Shown here piece after piece: positions 56,558-64,000 of a stretch of DNA of 64,000 bases (its first letter is position 1; each line of letters starts with the position of its first letter). The notes below the pieces were generated by a model. That model saw only the letters and a program-made list of their open reading frames with translations, searched no databases and was not told the origin of the DNA. Source of the DNA: Gemmatimonadota bacterium (GTDB lineage: Bacteria > Gemmatimonadota > Gemmatimonadetes > Longimicrobiales > Gaopeijiaceae); assembly GCA_036336795.1 (NCBI GenBank), contig JAYZFL010000011.1, positions 6,209-70,208 of the forward strand. The letters run 5' to 3'. Made by a program: the position numbers and the translations under genes.

Positions 56558-57484
56558 TCAGACCAGGGTCCGCCAGCCGTGAGGGTCTTCGGCTTCGCCC
56601 CTGACGATAGCCAAGAAGCGTTCCTGAATCTGTGCCGTCACTGGGCCCATTTTCCCGTCGCCGATTGTGATGCGGTCCACACTACGGATCGGTGTCACTT
56701 CTGACGCCGTGCCCGTAAAAAACAGCTCGTCCGCTGTGTAGAGGTCTTCCCGCGGGATAGGCTGCTCTCGGGACTTCAGACCCATATCGTCAGCGAGGGT
56801 CAAGATCGCGTCTCGCGTGATACCCTGAAGTAAGGTCCCGTCCAATTCGGGTGTCACCACAACTCCGTCCTGAATCAAGAAAAGGTTTTGGCCACCTCCC
56901 TCGCTGACACGACCGTGTGTTCCGAGGACGATGGCTTCCGCGTACCCGTTCGCGATCGCTTCCATCTTAATGAGTTGAGCGTTGTTATAGTGACCGGCCG
57001 CCTTTGCATGGGAAGGAAAGGTGTTGGGTGCGGGTCTGTTCCAAGTCGACACACATACGTCGACTCCGAACTTGAGTGCATCCTCGCCCAGATAGGCTCC
57101 CCACGGCCACGCGGCGATCGCTGTTTCGATCGGACTTTCGGTGGGATCGAGACCGGCAGCACCATATCCTCGCAACACCATCGGACGGATGTAGCAGTCA
57201 CCCAAATCATTCTTACGGACAGTCTCACTACATGCTTCCGCGATAGTTTTATGAGTGTGCTTTGGCTCCATCCGGTAAATCTTACAGGAGTGGATCAGGC
57301 GACGGATGTGCGCATCCAACCGAAAGATGCTTGGTCCGGCTGATGTGTCATAGCAACGTATCCCTTCGAACAGGGAGGATCCGAACTGTACCGCCAGGCT
57401 AAGCAAGTGAACGGTGGCGTTTTCCCATTGGATGAACTTTCCGTCGCTCCAGATCCAATCAGAGCCTTCGAGTTTTCCCGCCAT
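56558..57484 (-). CDS. ilvE: branched-chain amino acid aminotransferase
   Basis: 308 aa. Shows the fold-type IV pattern: HLLSLAVQFGSSLFEGIRCY, KAAGHYNN (PLP Lys region), EGGGQNLF, GITRD and FFTGTASEVTPI. Confidence 0.9.
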   Translation of the reverse strand: MAGKLEGSDWIWSDGKFIQWENATVHLLSLAVQFGSSLFEGIRCYDTSAGPSIFRLDAHIRRLIHSCKIYRMEPKHTHKTIAEACSETVRKNDLGDCYIRPMVLRGYGAAGLDPTESPIETAIAAWPWGAYLGEDALKFGVDVCVSTWNRPAPNTFPSHAKAAGHYNNAQLIKMEAIANGYAEAIVLGTHGRVSEGGGQNLFLIQDGVVVTPELDGTLLQGITRDAILTLADDMGLKSREQPIPREDLYTADELFFTGTASEVTPIRSVDRITIGDGKMGPVTAQIQERFLAIVRGEAEDPHGWRTLV

Positions 57485-57510
57485 GTTGATCCTCCCCGGC
57501 TGTCCGAATC

Positions 57511-58302
57511 CTAAAAGAGTGAGCGAATGGAGCCGCCGTCTACTTGAACCGATACGCCCGTGATGTAACTCGCCCGCTCGGAGGCCAGAAAAGCTACCAT
57601 GGCTGCGAACTCTCTAGGCGACCCGATACGTCCCATAGGAATTTGGCTTTCCCACTGCGCGACGGTTTCGTCGATGCTGGTCCCTGAACGGCCAGCGATA
57701 TCCGCCGCTAATTGGTCTAGGCGCTCTGTCTTAGTATAGCCGGGCATCACGTTGTTGACGGTCACACCAAAACCGGCCACTTCGTTTGAAAGTGTCTTTG
57801 CGAAACCGGTTACGGCTGCCCTCACACTGTTTGACAAGATGAGACCGTCCACGGGCTGCTTGACAGCGACGGAAGTGATGTTGACGATTCGCCCCCATCC
57901 GGCCTGCTTCATCTCCGGAAGAACTGCACGTGTCAACCGGAGGACGCTGTACAGATTTTGGTGAACGGCATCACTCCATGCCTCGGAGGAATGGCTTTCA
58001 AACGGGCCCGGTGGTGGGCCTCCGGTGTTGGTGATCAGGATGTCGATGTCACCAAATGCGGCCTTCGCTGTCTTTAGCAGTCGCTCAGTATCTTTGGGTT
58101 CGCTCAGGTTTGCAGGTACGGCGATCACTTCGGTGCCAGTCTTCTCAGCGATCTCTTGTCCCGCCTCTTCCAGCGGGCCCGCAGTGCGCGCACAGATTAC
58201 GAGATTAGCACCCTCGTTGCCGAGTTCGTCGGCAACGGCTCGACCGAGTCCGCGACTCGACGCTGCCACTAGTGCTGTCTTCCCCTTAAGACCTAAATCC
58301 AT
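57511..58302 (-). CDS. short-chain dehydrogenase/reductase
   Basis: Has the GKTALVAASSRGLGRAVA and NTGGPPPG motifs. Resembles classical SDRs with an atypical active-site region. Forms an operon with the cupin gene (2-nt gap). Confidence 0.8.
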   Translation of the reverse strand: MDLGLKGKTALVAASSRGLGRAVADELGNEGANLVICARTAGPLEEAGQEIAEKTGTEVIAVPANLSEPKDTERLLKTAKAAFGDIDILITNTGGPPPGPFESHSSEAWSDAVHQNLYSVLRLTRAVLPEMKQAGWGRIVNITSVAVKQPVDGLILSNSVRAAVTGFAKTLSNEVAGFGVTVNNVMPGYTKTERLDQLAADIAGRSGTSIDETVAQWESQIPMGRIGSPREFAAMVAFLASERASYITGVSVQVDGGSIRSLF

Positions 58303-58304
58303 TT

Positions 58305-58679
58305 TTACTGCTCCCGAAGATAATCGTCGGTCCCGGAAAGCCAGTCTTCTCGGGGTGGCACGAACACGTCAAGGTCCAAGGTGTCTTCCAGGGCTTCAGC
58401 CTTATGGGGCACGTGGGAGGGGAGGTGCAGCACCTCCCCGGCGCGCACCACGATTTCTTCCGATTCGTCCTCACCAATCCAAAAGTGCAATGCGCCTTCT
58501 AGAATATAGGTAAACTGCTCGTTCTCATGGGAATGACGCGGGACGATGGCCCCTTTCGTGAGGTACACGTGGGCGAGCATACCCTTGGATCCCGTGACAA
58601 GCCGTCGGCGGAGCAGCGGATTAAGTTCCTCCATCGGGATGCTATCCCAGGGAATGTGTCGGACGGTGGAATCAGTCAT
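58305..58679 (-). CDS. cupin-domain protein
   Basis: The HSHENEQFTYILEGAL....GEVLHLPSHVPH two-motif cupin signature is present. Confidence 0.75.
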   Translation of the reverse strand: MTDSTVRHIPWDSIPMEELNPLLRRRLVTGSKGMLAHVYLTKGAIVPRHSHENEQFTYILEGALHFWIGEDESEEIVVRAGEVLHLPSHVPHKAEALEDTLDLDVFVPPREDWLSGTDDYLREQ

Positions 58680-58925
58680 TTCAGAGACTCACGTCGGAGG
58701 GTTGAGTTACGGCGAACGCTCAAGAGATCACATCGGTCTCGGCGTAGCAATATTCTGCTTAATCTTATATGCAAGGGAACGAGTCCTAATCGGAGTGGGT
58801 TTCGTGTTGAAAGTCCACGAGCTTTGGGCCGCCTACGGGTGCTCTACGTAGAAACGTAAGTATGGAGTGGAAAACAACTCTGATGTTAGCTTATTCCTTT
58901 CCATCTCGGAACCGGGGAGACGAGG

Positions 58926-59339
58926 GTGTCTGGTAAGTTGAAGAAGACTGAATCCGATTGGCAGGAAGTCCTTACGGAGGAGCAATTTGAGGTTCTCAGG
59001 AAGAAAGGTACTGAGCCTGCATTTACAGGCCGCTATTGGGACACAAAGGATCTAGGGGTATATCGATGTGCTGGCTGTGGTGAGTTCCTGTTCGATTCGA
59101 AGACCAAGTTCGATTCTGGGACTGGCTGGCCCAGCTTCTCCGATGTGGTGAGAAGTGGGTGTGTGCGGACAGAAGAGGATCGGGGCCTATCCTTGCAGCG
59201 GACAGAGGTGCTCTGCGCTTCTTGTGACGGGCATCTAGGCCACGTCTTTCCGGATGGTCCCGCGCCGACGGGTCAGCGTTATTGCATAAATTCTGTAGCG
59301 CTGAGTCTGGATTTGGCGAGTTCCGAAAGCAAGGAATAA
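58926..59339 (+). CDS. msrB: peptide-methionine (R)-S-oxide reductase
   Basis: Zinc CxxC pairs CAGCG and CASCDGHLGHVF, GTGWPSF, and the catalytic RYCINS. GTG start with GGGGAGACGAGG upstream. Confidence 0.9.
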   Translation: MSGKLKKTESDWQEVLTEEQFEVLRKKGTEPAFTGRYWDTKDLGVYRCAGCGEFLFDSKTKFDSGTGWPSFSDVVRSGCVRTEEDRGLSLQRTEVLCASCDGHLGHVFPDGPAPTGQRYCINSVALSLDLASSESKE

Positions 59340-59497
59340 GCACGGTGTCAGGGATGTCTTCGTATCTGAACTCACATAGGATGATGGGCACGATGCTTGC
59401 ATTTACAAGCGTGTGGCGGTGAAACCGTGACGGATCCGGAAGTCGGAAGTTCCCAAAGGATGGCATTTAATGGCAAGAGCGGAGAATACATAACGAA

Positions 59498-60016
59498 ATG
59501 GTGAACGTGTTCTTGAATCGAGGGTTGAGAATCGGGCTGGCGTTGAGCCTGTTGTTTGGACCAATTGCCTGCCAATCCAGGGATCTTTCTGTGCCCTCTG
59601 GAGAGGAAGCCCGAGCCCGGTTCCGGGCCTCTTCCACCGTAAGCGTTGGGGTGACTGGTAACGTTATTGAGGTCAACGTAAATCAGCCGTTTCAGCAAAT
59701 TCGCCGAGGTGGAGTACTCTGGGCTAAGGTTGGTCCCTACGTATACCTTTTCACCGAGGAGGCCGAGACGCTACTCCGAGACTATCCGGGTGTCTCCGGG
59801 ATACGGGTTATCACCCGGACGAGTCGTCGGAATACAGAGGTCGCTCGTGCTTTTCTTCGTCGGGACGCGCTGAACGAAATCACCTGGAAGAGGGCGAGGA
59901 ACATTGCCGGGCGGGCTCGACGGGACGGAACGCGGCGGCCGGTACTCCTTGAAGAACTCATCGAGTGGGGACAAGATCACACCGAGTTCACCTACAGTGA
60001 CCAATTCGTAGGATAA
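59498..60016 (+). CDS. hypothetical lipoprotein
   Basis: Lipobox LLFGPIAC. No recognisable family. Confidence 0.5.
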   Translation: MVNVFLNRGLRIGLALSLLFGPIACQSRDLSVPSGEEARARFRASSTVSVGVTGNVIEVNVNQPFQQIRRGGVLWAKVGPYVYLFTEEAETLLRDYPGVSGIRVITRTSRRNTEVARAFLRRDALNEITWKRARNIAGRARRDGTRRPVLLEELIEWGQDHTEFTYSDQFVG

Positions 60017-60174
60017 TCCGGGACCTACGGATCTTGTTTCTTGGCAGCCGTCTTCGGCCGTGATGATCGTGGCTCGTGTAGGATAGAGCGGCACCATACG
60101 TTGGAGCTTGGCCTAACGGGGGAATCGCACGGACGTGACAAGATGGGCCCCACGCATGACGCTAACACTCTGAA

Positions 60175-60534
60175 ATGCACAAAGTGAGCCGACCGGTAGA
60201 CGACTCGGATCAGGACACCTGTGTTTGCTGTCTTGAGGTGAAGCCCAGACAGAACTTGGATCGAATGCTCTGGTGCGCCGAGTGCAACAAGGTGGCGAGA
60301 GGTCGGGCGGCGTCCCGGGGGTGGTTGGTCGGTGTCTTGGTCGCTGGGGTCCTCTCCTCGTGGATTTGGTTGTTCATCCAGCCATCTAACCTAGTTATCG
60401 GTGGATGGGTAGGAACTGTTCTGGCGGCCTTCTATGTCAGTGCTAGAGTAGCTCGAGAGGTTCTCTACGCCGTTGCTCGAATGCAGAGTCGACCAGTGGC
60501 GGAAGCCGTTCCCCCGGAGCGGTGCCCGGATTAG
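60175..60534 (+). CDS. hypothetical membrane protein with N-terminal zinc-ribbon-like CxxC...CxxC
   Basis: The CVCC...CAEC ribbon is followed by two hydrophobic helices (LVGVLVAGVLSSWIWLFI, IGGWVGTVLAAFYV). Confidence 0.45.
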   Translation: MHKVSRPVDDSDQDTCVCCLEVKPRQNLDRMLWCAECNKVARGRAASRGWLVGVLVAGVLSSWIWLFIQPSNLVIGGWVGTVLAAFYVSARVAREVLYAVARMQSRPVAEAVPPERCPD

Positions 60535-60587
60535 TTTCTGTCTTGATTTTTCAAGGCGATCCAAAATAATGAGGATGAGGCTCACGA

Positions 60588-61772
60588 ATGGCGGGTAAGT
60601 TTGAGGGTGTAGACTTCTACGAGGTTGATTCCCTCCTCAGCGAAGAGGAACGGATGATTCGCGACATGGTCCGGGAGTGGGTCGAGGATAGGCTCATGCC
60701 GGTGATCGGGAAAGCGTATATCGAGCGGCGCTTCCCGAAAGAGATCATCCCTGAGCTTGGGGAACTGGGCATGCTCGGCGCGAACCTCCCGGAGGAGTAT
60801 GGGTGTGCGGGGCTGAATAACGTAGCCTATGGTCTGATCAATCAGGAGCTCGAGAGGGGTGATTCCGGAGTTCGCTCATTTGCGTCTGTGCAGGGCGCTC
60901 TGGTCATGTACCCGATCTACGCGTTTGGGAGCGAGGAACAGAAGCGGGAATGGCTCCCGAAGCTTGCTGCCGCAGAAAAGATAGGTTGTTTCGGTCTTAC
61001 TGAGCCGGATTTTGGATCCAACCCGGCGGGAATGATCACGACTGCTAAAAAGACTGATGACGGCTGGCTTCTGAATGGCACTAAAATGTGGATCACGAAT
61101 GGGTCCATGGCGGACGTGGCGATTGTCTGGGCGCAGATTGCTGAGATCGGTGATGTGGATGGGATACGAGGTTTTGTCGTTCCTACCGAAACGCCAGGGT
61201 TTTCCGCTCGTGATCAAAAGGGGAAGCTGTCCTTGTTGGCGTCTGATACCAGCGAACTCCACCTAGAAGATGTCCGCCTTCCCGACAGTGCGCTCCTCCC
61301 CGAAACGATTGGAATAAAGAATCCGCTAATGTGCCTCACTCAAGCACGATACGGGATCTCGTTCGGGGCCGTGGGAGCAGCCATGGCATGTTTCGATGAA
61401 GCTCGGAGCTATGCTAAAGAGCGAGTTATGTTCGACGGCCCCATTGGGGGCAAGCAGATCCAGCAGATTCGTTTGGCCGACATGCTGACCAAGATCACAC
61501 AGGCCCAGCTTCTCTGCCTTCAGCTCGGACGACTCAAGGACGCCGGTACGATGACACCTCAACAAGTATCTCTGGCCAAGCGGGCCAACTGTGACATGGC
61601 CTGTGACATCGCTCGCGAGGCACGCCGCCTGCTTGGTGCCAACGGCATTCTCGTTGAGTACCACTCGATGAGGCATATGGCCAACCTTGAGTCCGTTTAC
61701 ACGTACGAGGGTACGCACGACATACACGGACTCGTTCTCGGTCAGGCCGTCACGGGGATTTCTGCGTTCTGA
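60588..61772 (+). CDS. gcdH: glutaryl-CoA dehydrogenase (acyl-CoA dehydrogenase family)
   Basis: GCFGLTEPDFGSNPAGM, WITNGSMADVAIVWA and YTYEGTHDIHGLVLG (catalytic Glu region). The N-terminal FYEVDSLLSEEERMIRD is typical of GCDH. Confidence 0.85.
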   Translation: MAGKFEGVDFYEVDSLLSEEERMIRDMVREWVEDRLMPVIGKAYIERRFPKEIIPELGELGMLGANLPEEYGCAGLNNVAYGLINQELERGDSGVRSFASVQGALVMYPIYAFGSEEQKREWLPKLAAAEKIGCFGLTEPDFGSNPAGMITTAKKTDDGWLLNGTKMWITNGSMADVAIVWAQIAEIGDVDGIRGFVVPTETPGFSARDQKGKLSLLASDTSELHLEDVRLPDSALLPETIGIKNPLMCLTQARYGISFGAVGAAMACFDEARSYAKERVMFDGPIGGKQIQQIRLADMLTKITQAQLLCLQLGRLKDAGTMTPQQVSLAKRANCDMACDIAREARRLLGANGILVEYHSMRHMANLESVYTYEGTHDIHGLVLGQAVTGISAF

Positions 61773-61786
61773 ACTAGGTTGAACTG

Positions 61787-63118
61787 ATGGCCCGACAGAT
61801 GCGATCCCGTGGAGAGCACGAGCTAACCTGTAAGGCGGCTTGTGACGTGCTTGAGTTGGCATTGAAGGGCAATTTCCGTGGTGACCTTGTCGATGACGCG
61901 TTAAGCTCCGGTAGTTGTAGAAAAGCTGTGCGGTTGCTGCGCTCCAATATGCGCTCCCATTCCTTCAAGACCTCTTCACATCGAATCGCTCTGGGCGATT
62001 TTGTCAGGAAGTTCGATGGCCTTTCTCGAGAAGAGGGTTTCGAGGTACTGCACACGTGGGACCACGGAGCGCATGTCTTCCTCGAAGAGATCACTCCGGT
62101 CCTCATGCTCGACCATTTCCAGAAGCTCGAAACAACTTCGCGTTCAGAGCGAGCGTCACTTTTCATCCTGCTGGACTTCTACTTCCTGCAGGTGCTGATC
62201 CTGTGTGCCATGCGGGCATGGGACGAAGGCGATCCAGACGGTGTCCTTGACCGCGTGACCGGCCTCCTTCGCGTACTTCAGGGGCCCGATGGCAGTGGCC
62301 ATCGGTTCGTGGATGACGCGGAGACTCTTCTCATGCTCGCAGTGTCGCAGTTTCACCCGCGGGATCATGCCTACGACCGCTTCGTCGAGAAGATTTGGTC
62401 GATGAATCGAGAGCACTTGAGGAACTTCGCCCGAATCAGCACAGCCGTGCTCGGGGCCCATTTACGATGGGGATTCGGAGTCATGTACAGGAGGGATGTA
62501 ACACGGATGCGTGACGACAACGTCGGAGATTACCCCTGGCTGTTGTGCGCACTGTGGACGTTGATGCGCGAGTACGCACTTTTACAGGATGCGGACGTGC
62601 AGGGGGCAGAACGAGGTGAGATTGTCGAAGGTTTACTGAACGGTCTGACTTCCGACCCGTGGGCCTTTGTCGGCAAGGTTCCGGAAGCGCTTTCAGGCTA
62701 CTCGGAGCAATACTCCAACTTTTGTGATCTCCTCAAGCGGTATGGCGAGGACCTTCTCGAGGACTTCGGGGAGCATCGACCTGCAACCGAAGGTTTCTCC
62801 CCCTTGGCGTTCCATTTCAACTTCCCTCACAATGTCTTGATGGGGACTCTCATGATTGCCCTGGATCAGGGAAAAGCTCGCAATCTATCCATGAACGCTC
62901 TCTTGCTGGGCAGACATGACGGCATGGTGACCGAGCAATCGCCGGATGATTTTGCCAGGGAGCTTACAGCCTTCGCGGGATCGAGTCCCGACAAGCTGGA
63001 CTCCCACGGCGCCCGGTTGATCATTTATGACAGACACGCAGGGCACGGCTACTGCAACATGGTTTCGACGGCGATCGGAAAATACCTAGCGGAAACGAAC
63101 GAGGAATCCCTGTCGTGA
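61787..63118 (+). CDS. conserved-looking hypothetical protein (443 aa), function unknown
   Basis: Long ATG-initiated ORF, predicted helical and His-rich in places (HTWDHGAH, FHPRDHAYDRF, HFNFPHN, RHAGHGYC). Its stop overlaps the start of the downstream amidase (GTGA). Confidence 0.6.
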   Translation: MARQMRSRGEHELTCKAACDVLELALKGNFRGDLVDDALSSGSCRKAVRLLRSNMRSHSFKTSSHRIALGDFVRKFDGLSREEGFEVLHTWDHGAHVFLEEITPVLMLDHFQKLETTSRSERASLFILLDFYFLQVLILCAMRAWDEGDPDGVLDRVTGLLRVLQGPDGSGHRFVDDAETLLMLAVSQFHPRDHAYDRFVEKIWSMNREHLRNFARISTAVLGAHLRWGFGVMYRRDVTRMRDDNVGDYPWLLCALWTLMREYALLQDADVQGAERGEIVEGLLNGLTSDPWAFVGKVPEALSGYSEQYSNFCDLLKRYGEDLLEDFGEHRPATEGFSPLAFHFNFPHNVLMGTLMIALDQGKARNLSMNALLLGRHDGMVTEQSPDDFARELTAFAGSSPDKLDSHGARLIIYDRHAGHGYCNMVSTAIGKYLAETNEESLS

Positions 63119-64000
63119 AGTACCTCGACTTCTTCTGCGGAGTCTCGTTCGGACTTGTAGCGATTGGTGGTTGCACGGTGACACGGGCTGTTCCGGAGGA
63201 TTTTTCGGTTGTTGAAGTCGGTATTCTAGAGATGCAGGAGTTGATGGAGCGAGGGAAACTTACGTCACGCGAACTGGTGGCTCAGTACCTCATGCGCATT
63301 GCTCTCTATGAGGGTGGACTGAATGCTGCGGTCTCCGTCAACCACAATGCGCTCCGGGAGGCGGAGGAATTGGATGCCGAACGCGCGCGCGGCAGAGTGC
63401 GGGGGCCACTTCACGGTATTCCGGTCGCACTAAAAGACAACATCCAGACGACTCACCTACCCACGACGGGAGGCGCCTTGGCATTTGCCGGGTTCGTGCC
63501 ACCCTACGAAGCTACGCTCACGGGGAATCTGCGCGACGCCGGTGCAATCATCATCGCCAAAGCGGGCCTCACTGAGTTTGCGAATTTCATGGCCGGGACT
63601 CCCAATGCTATGCCTGGGAATTACAATGCGCTCACCGGCTTCGGTTTCAATCCCTATGACCCGAGGCGGGATCCGAGATCCGGCACCTTTGATGGCAGGC
63701 CGGCTTTGGGAACCGGGGGCTCGAGTTCAGGTATCGGAACTGCGGCCAGCTTTTGGGCGGCCAACGTGGGTACGGATACAGGCGGGTCGGTCATCAGTCC
63801 GTCGAACGCGAATATGCTAGTGGGCATTCGTGCCACCTTGGGGCGGATCAGCCGTTGGGGTATCGCGCCTGTAACCCTTGACCACGACATGGCGGGTCCG
63901 ATGGCACGGACTGTCTCCGACGCGGTGATCTTGCTGGGTGCAATGGAGAGCCGTGTTCCCGATGTCAATGACCCGGCCACAGGTGTTTGTGAACCCCCTC
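63115..64000 (+). CDS. amidase-signature hydrolase lipoprotein, N-terminal part (runs off the 3' end of the window; absent from the ORF track)
   Basis: GTG 63115 has GAGGA 9 nt upstream. Lipobox LVAIGGC. AS motifs LKDNI, GTGGSSSGIGTAAS and GTDTGGSVISPS. The frame is open to position 64000. Confidence 0.8.
   Translation, partial: MKYLDFFCGVSFGLVAIGGCTVTRAVPEDFSVVEVGILEMQELMERGKLTSRELVAQYLMRIALYEGGLNAAVSVNHNALREAEELDAERARGRVRGPLHGIPVALKDNIQTTHLPTTGGALAFAGFVPPYEATLTGNLRDAGAIIIAKAGLTEFANFMAGTPNAMPGNYNALTGFGFNPYDPRRDPRSGTFDGRPALGTGGSSSGIGTAASFWAANVGTDTGGSVISPSNANMLVGIRATLGRISRWGIAPVTLDHDMAGPMARTVSDAVILLGAMESRVPDVNDPATGVCEPP

Noticed and set aside
1-64000. I looked for CRISPR arrays, long direct or inverted repeats, IS elements, integrases, phage genes, rRNA and tRNA.
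   Set aside because: No spaced short-repeat arrays, no transposase- or integrase-like ORFs and no tRNA cloverleaves were visible by eye. The only repetition noticed is at protein level (amidase, SDR and OsmC paralogues). A computational repeat or tRNA scan could still find small elements I missed.

Overview
This is 64 kb of a moderately GC-rich bacterial chromosome, densely coding with about 65 genes on both strands. Many neighbouring genes overlap by 4-8 nt (ATGA/GTGA), which suggests translational coupling. The content is mostly housekeeping and metabolic: rho, trxB, fumC, nfo, thyX, folE, ilvE, ggt, msrB, gcdH, an acyl-CoA ligase and a TctCBA transporter. There is also an unusual concentration of exported C-N bond hydrolases. 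These comprise four amidase-signature paralogues, a Tat-targeted TldD/PmbA pair, an M19 dipeptidase, a DUF1028 protein, a beta-lactamase-like hydrolase, an amidohydrolase and GGT. The mix of families (PSCyt1-like, choice-of-anchor-B/LVIVD, YceI, ThyX, Tat and lipoprotein signals) suggests an uncultured environmental Gram-negative lineage, but the taxon cannot be fixed from this window. I found no rRNA, tRNA, CRISPR array, transposase, integrase or phage genes. The strongest hidden signal is an OsmC-family gene that the ORF track splits in two at a single in-frame UGA. That UGA sits exactly where a Cys-containing paralogue in the same window has its catalytic cysteine, and a GC-rich hairpin follows it, so this is a candidate selenoprotein with a SECIS element. 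Other points worth a second look are listed here. (1) A small ORF is coupled to a Tat-exported amidase (GatC/AtzG-like idea). (2) A Tat-signal TldD sits next to a signal-less PmbA partner. (3) A FakA-N(DhaL)/DegV fusion protein is present. (4) An overlapping PTPS-FolE-SDR operon looks like a tetrahydrobiopterin-type pathway. (5) A four-gene operon contains a CX4CH PSCyt1-like lipoprotein, YceI, a beta-barrel and a dipeptidase. (6) An unknown 443-aa protein is coupled to a lipoprotein amidase that the ORF track misses because it runs off the window. (7) Two long structured non-coding regions lie at 19165-20112 and 25892-26402. All functional calls come from reading motifs by eye; no database search was possible.
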